Positions 20,136 through 31,450 of a stretch of 64,000 nucleotides of DNA are shown here, in pieces. The notes under the pieces were generated by a model, which ran no database searches, was not told the origin of the DNA, and worked only from the letters and a program-made list of their open reading frames with translations. Where the stretch lies: assembly GCA_040285825.1 (NCBI GenBank), contig JAUPSS010000004.1, positions 3,390,550 through 3,454,549 on the forward strand. The letters are read 5' to 3'. Source of the stretch: Eukaryota sp. TZLM1-RC. Lineage: Eukaryota; Protista; Metamonada: BaSk clade. Within the stretch, counting starts at the first letter, position 1. Every line of letters begins with the position of its first letter. A program made the translations under genes and the position numbers.

Positions 20136-23100
20136 TCTCTTAATTGGAAGAACAAAACAATCTTTATTGATTGATGATGTTCAAATTCCTTTCATTAATT
20201 ACGAACAACAAGCGTTCAAGTTTCTTGGATGTTGGTTAGGTAATTTGGATGAAATTTATTCCCAATTGAACAATTTATTGGAAAATTTTGATAAGGATCT
20301 TAGTTTTATTGCTGAATTTTATTTATTGAATTTGCACACTTAATTAAATTAACTCAATACTAATGGGACGAATGTCATTGAACCAAGATTTCCTCTACAA
20401 AATCTTGATTTGCTTGCTGTCTAGCTAAAGCTTCTCTTATTCGATTGAAAAACCGTGGTAATCTATTAATAATGGCAAATTGAATCCGTGAACGCCATAA
20501 AAAAATATCAAATCTTTTCATTGTTTTTTCTTTCACCATTTTTTGGAAGTCATCCAAAAAAGTTTCTGCTTCAACTGATAATCTTCCATTTATCGAAAAT
20601 GGGAAAGCGATAAAAACGAGCTGTGTATTTCAATCGACATTTGCCTCTTCAATGTCTTTATCATATTTTCTATGTTTCTCTCTTGCTTTAAAATCCAGAG
20701 CAGCCACCGGATTAAGTTTTCTTCTGTGAACCAAAGTATCGTTTGCAACATTACATGAGACAAAGTCAACAATAGCTTCAGAATTATCAATCCAATCACA
20801 GTATACATCACCTCTATCATCAGAACCAAAATTATTCAGAGAAAGTGTTTCCTTCAGCAGGGGCTCTTTGATACACGATATCCTTGAAGTTTGTGTCATA
20901 TTGAAAACAGTGTCTCTAACAGCATCATGTAATGAAGAACGATAAGTTATCAATTTAGAGCAATTCAGAGCATGGCGCAAAGTGAGTTGAGGTGAATTCG
21001 AACAAATACATTTTTCTTTTGATAATAATTGATTAATGGGGATATTCAAATATAATCTCATTTTTGTTACAAATGCTTCATTAGTGGCACACAATCCAAA
21101 TCTTCGTGGTACAATAGTTACAAAAAGTGAAGAATCTGACGACTTGTTTTCACAAACACCCATTTCCAATAACAATGAGTGAAGATCTTGATTTAAAACA
21201 GCCGAGCTGCATATATTATTATAAAGATCTTTTTCATACATTCCAGTCAATCTTTTCTGTAATGTTCGAAGAGTGTACTTCAAATTTAAAACATTTTTTT
21301 CTGGAATATTACCATTAAATGATTGGGGAAAACATCGACCCCATTTTTCTACATCAATTCTTGAAATTTCTTCATTTAATGCAAAAACAGTGGAACTTTG
21401 CGTTGTCATCAATAAATCTTCCCAATCTGCAAATCTTTCGGAAAACTCAAAGATTGCATTTCTGCATCCACCAACAAAAGCACACGAGGTAAGAATAGAA
21501 GCCTTCGTCCACCCTAAACCGCCATAATGTGGACTAAGGTAAGCATGATCTGGAATTTGAAACATTTTACATCCCAGTAATTGAGACAGAACTTTTGCAC
21601 GTAACTCATTAAACTTCTGAGCCAAAGGTCTAGTGACGAGAGGATTTGTAGATCGAAATATATGATTAAAATTGGAACTAAAACACAGTCTTATAATGGT
21701 AAATTTGATATGTTTTTTTATATCTAAATTCATCATTCGGTCAATTTTGTCAGAAATTGAGTTCAACTTTTCAAACAATTTTTTGGTAATTTCATCATTA
21801 TTTCCTAAAAACGAACCCAAATGACAAATAGCATCAATTGAATATAATTTGGCTTGAATTTCAATACCATCAACTATTGCGGAAACTGGAGAATTCGATA
21901 ACAAAACACATTTAAGTAAATTAAGTCGGAGACCAATTTTGGTAAATAATTCTTTAAAACATACAGTTGCTTGTTTCACAATATTTAAATCCCCAACAAG
22001 CACAACATCATCCATATATGCAATCATTTTTAGTGAAGGAAACATCTCTTGAATTTGCAGTAAAATAGGATGAATGGCCAAACAAAACAAAAGAGGCCCT
22101 AACGGATCTCCTTGCTTTACACCACTTGATGAACTCAAAATGTTATCACCAAAATGTAAATTAGAATATGTGCAATATGTTGATTGAAAATACGGTATTA
22201 ATTCCGGCATATATTGCAATTGAGCACCATGGATACTGCGACGACTTAGTGAATTGAAAGCATTACTAAAATCCAATGACATACAAACATTGGATTCATT
22301 TTGGCGAAATAAAACATCAGTAGCAAAAATTGCTGAAGAGACTCCGTCTGTAGTATTTATACCATATTGAAAGGGTAATAAAATCTTTTTAGCTTTTTCG
22401 TTGAACCTGCTTAAGCAACACGCAGAAAAAATATTGTGTAAGCTCTCAGAGACTGCAATAGGACGAACATCCATTTTTGAATTTTTGACAAGTGCAGTCA
22501 AACGAGAACTTCTTAATTCTTCTGGGTATTTGAGTTGACCAGATAATATTTGGTTGAAAAATTTGGTCAATAAACCAAGGCAACCTTCTGAAGAAATAAT
22601 CGCGGCTTTTACATGATCAATAGTAATACCAGAAAGTCCGGCAGACTTACCACGTGGTCTCTTTTTGATAACCGAAAAAACTTCTGATGGCATCAATGGA
22701 TAATTTTCCCAGTATGTGCCGTAAAAATTTTGATCCATTATAGGGTCTTCATAAGGATGAAGTATTTTTAGTTTATCTTTTGTATTTTCATTGTTGGGTG
22801 CTTTAACTCCGGGACTTAAAGCTGACAAAGCCTTGGACCATTTGTTGTCAAAGCATTTGTCTTCAAAAATTTAACTTAATTTCTCGGATGACTGATTTCT
22901 CGGTGCTATAATAGTTAAATCTTCGGAAATATTTACGAAATTTTGTTCAAAAGGAGTTGCTGAATTTGATATTGAAAAACACATCAAATTTTTTATTTTA
23001 AAAATTTGTTAATCTGGTAAATTCACTCATATTTTAAGATCAACTCCTCCCTCAGTGTCTCTTGATTTTTGTAGATCTTTCAACAAACTTCGGGTCAAAT

Positions 23101-24397
23101 TTTTTTCCTCATTATTGGAGGTTAATGAATCTTTAATTCGAAGTCATGTTTTTTGTTCTGCTGACTTAGGTGGAATTGGTTTCACGAAATCTTCAATTTT
23201 ATGTAAAGCAGCTTTTTTAGGAGGCGGAAGAAATGTTGTTTTTGAATTTTTTCAAAGGTTTCCTTATGATGTTCATATGATCCATGGTGAATCTAATTTT
23301 TATTTGAATCAACTTCAACTTGAATTAGATAATTTGCCTAGTGATATCTGGATTCAGTGTTTTCCTCAAAATATTCAAGAAATTCCCACCCGATCTCTTC
23401 CAAATTTACGTTTTTGCTTGAAAAAGCTTCAGCACCATCTGGTTAAATTATATGAAGGCTTGGATTATGAAGTAAGACTTGGCTTGGCCAAAACTAAAAA
23501 TCCCGCTTTCGGTAATTTTTTAAAGGATATTCGTGATAGCTCTGCTGCTGCTCAAATTCCCTCAGTTTATGGACTTTTGTTAAAAAACAATGAATGGCTT
23601 TTAAACATGCGTTTTCGTTGTTTTCTGTTTCCAAACAATTTGCCGAATCATTTAACTTGTAAATGTGGTAAGCCTCTTTTGTTTACTCATCTTTTGAACT
23701 GTAAACATTTCATTACATTTAGAAGCAAAGTACATAATAACGTCAGGGACCAAATTTATGTAATGTGCAAATCATATCGAGTAGATTCCTTTTTACAACC
23801 GCTGTTATCAAAATTAATTCTTGATGACCCCAATATTGATAGTACGTGCTACAACAGAGCTTCTATGGGTCTGACAAGAGGTGATCTAGTTGTTCCCGGT
23901 TTAAATGGTAGTTTTACTATTTTAGACGCCATGTCTATTGACCCTTGTAATTCCTCTAACGAACATCTCATTAACTCAGATGTAAATAATCCTCTTCTTG
24001 CAGGCGAAAAATATAAAATTGCTAAATATGCGAAACCCATTTCCTCGATTAATGAAAATTCTCATGCACAATATAATTTATGTCCCTTTGTATTTTCTTT
24101 GCTTGGATCTTTGGGTAAGGCTGCTATGGCTTTCCTTGAAGATTTTGTTGTTGTTGTAAAGGAAAGAACTGGAAGAATTTTCAATCGTGTTTACTGGCAA
24201 AACAGGATTGTATTTTCTGTTTTTAAGGGAATGGTAAAACTGATTTCTGATTCACTGTCTTCTTTTGGGAAATTTTCTGAATCTTTGGCATTTAATTGTT
24301 TTGATGTAGGGGAGGCAGGTTTTGAGGATGTGGAGTTTTAATTGTGTATTTTATGTTTTGATATTCGTTGTTGAATAAATTTTTAAATTAAAAAAAA
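20136..24397 (+). mobile_element. 5'-truncated CRE-like non-LTR retrotransposon (family A), 13-bp TSD GTAAAAGTCAATT
   Basis: TSD at 20123-20135 and 24398-24410; AATAAA and poly(A) at the 3' end; ORF 23055-24341 has CKC..H..C zinc motif, HN, RGD, K..KY, PF (RLE); frame continues across the nested insert. Confidence 0.9.
20320..22956 (-). mobile_element. 5'-truncated CRE-like non-LTR retrotransposon (family C) with RT and RLE, 11-bp TSD TTGCTGAATTT
   Basis: RPIAVSE, LDFSNAFNS, GVKQGDPLGPLLF, YMDD, CIC..H..C, HD, RGD, KHRKY; TSD at 20309-20319 and 22957-22967; premature stop at 20630. Confidence 0.92.
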
Positions 24398-27195
24398 GTA
24401 AAAGTCAATTGTCAAAAAAAACTTGCCGAAGTTTGGCAATCACAAAGTTCGAAAAATCTATAAAAGTTGCTGAATTGGCAGTAAATGCGGACAATTCGGT
24501 ATTTGCATCTTCAGTTGTCATTTCGTTGGACTCTATCAATTGGTTCCAGTCGTAATCCACTTCAGTATACTTTGTCGCCCATCGTTTTTGTTTTTCATTC
24601 ATTCTACTTTTCAAAGACCAGGACATCTGAGTCATTCTCCGACATTTGAATTTCATGTCTTGATTCATCACCTCACTATTTCTTTGCTGTTCAGTTTCAT
24701 GTTCAGTCACCATGGCTAGTTCTTCATCAGTCTTTTTACTCCCAAAAAACAATACATCACGTTTTCCAGGATCACAAACAACAATTCGTTTGTCTTGAAA
24801 GTATCAACATCAACATCATCAATCTATAAATCAGAAATACTAGCCTTGTTGTCTGGCTTACATTTCTGACCTTGTACATCCTGACGAACAAATTCTACTG
24901 CAATATTTAAATCCATCTGTGTGGATAATGTTGTTGAATTTATAGCTCTTCTGTTTGAACATTGGTTGGTTTAAATCCAGAATATCAGACCAAAAGTCAA
25001 ATTGCTGAGGTGGTTTGAATTTCATAATTTGGGGTAATGTATTGGACATTTTCAGCGTCTGTGTAGATGATAAATCATCAATTAATGTTTGTTTAACAAT
25101 TCTCCTTATTGTTCTTGTATCAATGGGAAAATATCCAGGACCTACAGTGGTTGAAACAGGAGAAATATGATAAGGTTTTTTCTCTCTACTGGAGATATAT
25201 TGGGCAATTGCAATTGCTGGTTTTGGGAATATTTGAGGATCTTTTTCATTAGCGTCTGCAAGAAAATGTATATCCACTGGAAATATGTTGTCAACTAAAT
25301 TGTCGTCAGTGACCAAATTCTCAATTTGACAAGTAAATCGCTCAATAAGACCTTCAAATATGTCTCTAAGTTCATTATTTCTTATATCATGTTGTTCACA
25401 TAAAGCGAAATATTCATCATTCAGAAGGTCTGAAATATTTTCAGGATGATGAAACAAAGAACTCAAGCAATCTCTATCACCCGCTAAAAACAAGTTTTTG
25501 AATTGACGAAGCCTAAATCTATATAGTGAAATAATGGTAGATAATGGCGTTGAGTATCCACCCAGCTTGTGCATTTCTGTTAACACATTTTTCACATCTA
25601 CTTTGTCAAAGTAAACATTAATAAATCGATTAATTTGTTTTTCATAATTTAGTTTCAAATTATTCTCGAAATTGGAAAACATTACTGGGGCTATGTACTC
25701 AGGTGGTCTACTGAAGCCATCAGTTGGAGATTGTGGAAAAAACTCAGTCCTATATCTCAAATGGTCTACAGAACTCAATGTTTTGTTCAACTTTTGTTGT
25801 TCAAAGGTGGTCGATAATCTATAATCTCCTTCACCATAAACAAAGTTTTCAAAATCCTGTGGAAATGCACTCTTTGGTTTCACCATTTCTTGCCCATAAT
25901 ATTCAGCTGAAATATAACGAATTCTGGCCATTAATGATTCATATAATTGAACAGATGTTCGTGGTGGTATAAAATTACGTTCAAAACAAGACTGTAAATA
26001 CAGCTTTAAGCAACAAGTGGTGTGAATACGCAATTGTTGAAATTTTAAAGCAGTTTTTCTCAATTTGAGTATCACATCTGAATGTTTAACCATTGAGTTG
26101 ACGGTTGCTCGAATGGTTTTATAAGACGATAAAACAAATTTGTCTTTCTGAAACAGCACGAACAGTTTCAAACAAATGATAAAATCATGATGCCGATATT
26201 GAATCGAATTTTGTCTCAGAGTAGAAGTAGCTAAACAATCAATTGGCAAAATATGGGAAAATTCCTGATGAAGTTTGATTTTCGTTTCATTTATCATTTT
26301 ATATGCCAGATTGCCTAATCCATTTCCGTAGGGTATTTTAATAAATTTCTCGGCTAAAACCTAAGTATCTAAAAGAAAAAAGCCATTTTCCCTGATGAAA
26401 ACTTCTCTCCATCTCGGTGAAAGTTGATTGAGTACATCAATTGTTGAATCATTTCGAACAGTGGGAAATGGTAAATCAAAATAATTTAATCTATTTTTCG
26501 AAACCTGTAAATCAAACTGCATTAAATTGTGATTGAGAAAACAATGGGGTTGATGATCACCAATAAGGTTTAAGAACCTACGAAGCAAGGTTTTTTCGTC
26601 AGAGAAAATTTCTGCCTGAATATCAATATCAATGTCTGGTAATCTGACTTGAGGATTCATTCTCAATATAAGTGAATATTTACTCTCCAAAAAGAAATTA
26701 TGGCGATCAAACTTACCAATAACAATCGAAATTAAAAACACTTTTTGATCTGAAATCCACTCACCCATTTGCTCATCAGTTTTCTTTTTCAAAAGATTTA
26801 CACCCTCTTTTTCTCTTTTTGTTGATAATCTCGTCAGGAGGGAGAAATTGGCCATCATGATTTTGGTAAAGATAACCGCTCTGATATGTTTCAAGATCAA
26901 AGCACATAACAGTGGGAAAATTTTGATTTGGGGTCATTGATTTAGTTGAAATCAATGAATCAGGCTTGGAGCCACTAAGACTTGGCCCAATTTTTCTGAC
27001 CATACACGGATTCAATGGTTTTTTTGTCAAAATCTTCCTGTTCTCGATATTCAACATTGTATTCTCAATACAAATTTCTCGGTTCAGTGCTGTTTGTTGT
27101 TTTTTTAGCTTACGCTTTGATGTTTGTTGGTCAAAAATCGCGTTTCTAATAATTTTTGGTGGAGGAATTGATTTGAAATTAGATCTTCTCTTTCT

Positions 27196-27255
27196 GGGAC
27201 CAGGATTTGCTTCAACATCTCCATCCATTGTTTAATCAACAGTAAATGGGTTTGT
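27196..27255 (-). other. 2A-like (StopGo) ribosomal-skipping peptide in the Fanzor polyprotein
   Basis: NPFTVD(L)TMDGDVEANPG|P matches D-(V/I)-E-x-N-P-G-P; the Leu codon is TAA in copy A but TTA in copy B. Confidence 0.8.
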
Positions 27256-28221
27256 TGATAGAAGATGTTGGCAGCTACTGGATTGAAAAGATAAATTAGT
27301 GACATAATAATCAAACTCAACATTATCAAAATAACAATTTAAGACACAACATTCCATATCTAAAGTGCAACAATCTGAACCGCAAAAATGAACAAACTCA
27401 TAAACATCAAAACAACAATGTAAAACAAAACACAAAGAAGAACATCCCATATCTAAGGTGATTAGCACCATGTCTGATTCAACAGCACCCATATCATGAC
27501 TCAAATGATGACTGAAAAAAGTGTAATACTCTACCCCCACGGAAGGATAAGAACGACGATTCCGATAGGAAATCGAGGCTCTGACCTTCCGTTTATTCCT
27601 TCAAAGCAGGATTACTGTTCCCGACTGAGGAGTTCGGGAGGAAGTACTCTGCTGTTCTGTGAAGAACAGGTTGAAGGAGGAGGTGGGAACCGGGTCCGTA
27701 ACCTCGTTATCCTTTTTCTTGTTCCGCTGCATGATGTTAGAAGAATGGGAAGAGTCGAGATAATCTCGCTGTCTGACACGATGTCTGACATGCTGATTGC
27801 AATTTCAAATTGATTGCTAATTTCCACAATGGTATCAAATGCCTATCCACTGTATCTCTATTAGTGGTCATCAACATCAGCTCGGTTTACCCTCTAGCTG
27901 TTCTGGTCGTTGTTACTCCGACTAAACTCTATGTTTTTTTCCAGTTTCCTTCTTCCTTTACCTCTTGTCTTCTTCCCATTCAGCTATCTCAACAATTCTC
28001 CCTTCCTCTCTCCCTCTCTGTTTCGACGGGACCTAAACAATTGCTTGATTCCCTACTTTCTACTCTGTCCACATTTTCTAACTCAATACAGTCTTCTTCG
28101 TCAGTTCAACTCCACCCTCACCTCTCCTCATGTCCTTCAGTTCAGTTCATAAACAAATTTGGAACCTGGACTGAAATGAACTAAAAGTCTGTTGTTCTCC
28201 TTGATGAGTTGTGTATGCATC

Positions 28222-28500
28222 TTGGATTGAAACAAATTCCATTGGTAAAAATCTCAATCGCAGTTTTAGTTTTGAGCAGTGTTATTGTTTGTGGCGGACA
28301 TTCAAATTCATTTCTGTGGTTTTCATTTGAAATGCATACTTAAAATAGACTAGCGGAGATAACTAACAAAAGACAGTCTGTAGAGGCACTGCTGGCTATT
28401 CTTGAGTCTAAACTCGAGTCTATTGCAGATCGTCCATCCCAAGCTGCTTCAACAACTTCTGCTGCGTCACCCCCTTCAGCTGTCCTTCTTGTCTTGAAAC
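28222..28500 (+). pseudogene. Possible degenerate WASHC3/CCDC53-like fragment
   Basis: NRLAEITNKRQSVEALLAILESKLESI resembles the CCDC53 ILExKLxSI motif; in-frame stop upstream. Confidence 0.3.
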
Positions 28501-29369
28501 TAGACATCTGAATTCTTATTATTACCTTGTCTCTCTACTTCACCCTCTTCACCCTCTTTCTACTCATCTTTCCTCCATAGAAGATGTTCCTCCTGTCTTC
28601 ACTTGTATTACCATCAGTTGTCAATATACACCCTTACACCTCTGGTATCGTTTGTTCACTCTCTACGAATCAACTCACTCCAATCTTAATCTACTCTAGA
28701 TCAAGATTTTTGAATTTCTTCTTTATTTCTGTGTCTTTAATAGGTGGATCTTGTTCTTTGACATTACGTGAAAGAGCTCAAGTAGCTACTGTGGCTTAGA
28801 TAAATGTAAGGTAAATATTTAACAAAATAAAATTAAAGACTGATACAAAACTAATTATTGAATACTGCCCATTATGAAAAATTTGCATGCAGACAACAGA
28901 CTGAACTGATGTTGTCAAATCAAGTTGAAATCAGTGAATTTAACACTATTATTCATACAATATACACAAAACCAATAAAAAAGTTGAAAATAAGATACAT
29001 GAGCGTTGAGTGATGCTAGTCACATTAAATATTGCGGCGGAAGATGATGAACAACAACAGCATTTGAAATTGAAAGCGTCCACTAACGTATAATATGCTT
29101 CTTACAGTGTATATCTTAATTAATGTGCTTTGAGTGTGTTCTTGTCGTTGTATCAAATTTAAGAAAGCTGAAATACAATTTTCACGTAGTGAAGGAGACA
29201 CAGTCATTTTATGTCCAGGTGCTTACAAGGTACAAATTGTATATGACTCTGTCGAATTGAGCTCAGATTGAATTACAGAATATGGTGACACCAACGATAG
29301 CTCTTGTAAATTGTAGAGATGAATGTTCATTTAGAACAAACTTTAAAAAAGAAACACATCCTTCAATCA

Positions 29370-30537
29370 ATGACAGACTGCTCTCAAGTCCGTCGGCGTA
29401 TCGGTGACTCTGATTGGGTAAAGAACTACAAGTATGGATGTATTGATCGCTCTCTCGTCACCAAATACATCTTAAAGCCTTACTGGGATTGGGCCATCAA
29501 TTTCTTTCCTGCTACCATTGCTCCCAATGCTATTACTATGATTGGTTTGTTTTCAGTTGCAATTCCTTCATTTATTATCATACTGTTAACTTTTATGCAA
29601 TTCAAAGTTCCTGCTTACTTGTTCTTCATCAGTGGTTTCTCAGTTTTTGCCTATCAAACACTGGATAATCTTGATGGTCGTCAGGCCCGGTATGATCACC
29701 CATCTTACTCACACCAGTCGCACTAAAACCAGTTCTGCTCTTGGTGAAATAACTGATCATTGTGTAGATTCATTCACGACCACCATCATCGGAGTTTCCA
29801 CTCTTCTTGGTCTGGGACTGGATATTCCATATGCCATACCCTTAACCATTCTACCCCAGATCACGTTCATCTTATGTGCAATTGAGGAATATTTTACTGG
29901 TTCATTATACCTTGGAGTCGTCAATGCTCCCACAGAAGGTTTATTAATGATCAGTGGTCTCCATATTGCTCTTGCTTTTGGATTTGAATTAGGCAATCCC
30001 AATTTATATTTATTCTGGTTTATTTTAGCTTTTTCTGCATTTACAATGATTACTTCCTTGGTCAATGTTTATTTATTCAAGGATAGTGATTTTAGAACTT
30101 TGGGTAGATGTATTGGTCACTTTGCTGTGAGAATGGCAGTTTACCCTATTTTGCTGCTATTAATTCATCTTTCTGAACCTGTTGGTCTTGATCATGTACT
30201 GATTTTCTTAATCTCAATGTTTTTGACTAGCTTCCAGTTGCTAGATGTTTTAATTGCAGTTGTTACCAAGACTCAACTCGAAGTTTCCATGGTGACCCCA
30301 ATGTGGCTGCTCTTTGGAGGTTTTGCTTTTGTACAATTTCTTTCTCCAAATCATTACAACTCGACGGTTTTGTTTGTCCTAGCATTGGTCATGACACTTC
30401 GCTTTGTCTCTTTGGCCTCCGCTGTAGTTAAGATATTTTGTCAAGATTTGGGTATCAGGTTTATGTCGATGTCTAGAGCACAGAAGGCTATTGCTGTTGA
30501 ACAAGTTTATGGAGCTGTCAGTAATAATGCATGCTGA
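29370..30537 (+). CDS. Choline/ethanolamine phosphotransferase (CDP-alcohol phosphatidyltransferase; intron 29690-29717)
   Basis: YKY..[39 protein letters not shown] after splicing a 28-nt intron. Confidence 0.93.
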
Positions 30538-30739
30538 AATGTTAAATTAAGATTTTATTAAATAAATTTATTACACATTTAGCACAATTTATCATAGTTA
30601 TTCTTACAATCAGAAAGAATACCTTGTAAATCAGTTCGAGAAACCTGCAAATTGAAATGGTCATAGAAGCACCCTCAATAATTTAAATATTAAATTGAAA
30701 TACGTTTAAAAAATTCGTGCTTTGATAGAAACTCTATCA

Positions 30740-31450
30740 AAAAAATTTTGTTTTTTATTATTAATTTTATTCAAAACCCATAAATCAACCTATAAATCAA
30801 CATCTAAATAATCCATCTCTCCCAAAACAAAAACACTAGATGCAACTCTCTCATAGTGAGAGCCAAGAGAAAGCAAAGCATCAGAAACCATCTTCAAAAT
30901 CCCCTTAAAAATAGAAAATACAATTCTAGTTTGCCAAAACAATCTGTTGAAATTTCTGTTAGTTCTTCTCTTTACAATCATTTTGAAATCTTCCAAAAAA
31001 CGTATAGCCGTTGGAGCAAATGAACCATATAGAGAAAATACAAATGGATACAAATTGTATTTTGCATGCTGATGACTGGCCAATTTGGACAAAGGTTCAT
31101 GGTATTTTTTGATTTTGAAATTTTCAGCATTTGAAAAAGGATTATGAATTTCAGAATTAACAAGCCTTTCATTTGAGGCATTACAAAGATGAACAGACAT
31201 TACATCCAATAAAACGAAGGTTCCATCTAATCCAGGTAATATGACATCACATCTGTTATTCTTTTGAAAATCATCTTCAGCATCAAACAGATTTGACAAC
31301 AGAGGATCCAAAAAGGATTCAATTCTGAGAGACTTACACATACAATATAATTGCTCTCTCACAGCATCGTGAACCTTGCTCCTAAAAGTAATAAAATGTT
31401 TACAATTTAACAAATGAGTAAATGTAATTTTTTCGAAAACATTTACAAAT
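30740..31450 (-). mobile_element. CRE-like retrotransposon 3' fragment (family B)
   Basis: HLLNCKH..RSKVHD, LLDVMSV, KIKKY, YPFVFS, ending DVDL followed by an A-rich tail. Confidence 0.85.

Larger units (their letters stand above)
19445..28136 (-). mobile_element. Fanzor element copy A, near full length (~4.3 kb without nested insertions); pseudogenised leader-2A-DEDDy exonuclease-Fanzor ORF starting at ATG 27791
   Basis: Segments 19445-19838, 19989-20135 and 24398-28136 join across a 13-bp TSD; homology with copy B extends to 28136; motifs DVEANPGP, FDLET, HNLMQFD, YRHHD, HTDG, DPG, GDYG, NEVFTS, CPVC, NRN. Confidence 0.85.

Noticed and set aside
26800-26825. Programmed frameshift between the 2A frame and the exonuclease frame
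   Set aside because: Copy B lacks the extra base, so it is a copy-specific indel
27232-27234. In-frame TAA/TAG in the element as evidence of a variant genetic code or programmed readthrough
   Set aside because: Other copies have sense codons (TTA, TTG, TAT) at these sites, and host genes end in TAA/TAG
27810-28184. Plus-strand ORFs in the element 5' region
   Set aside because: Pyrimidine-rich low-complexity sequence; frame not conserved in copy B
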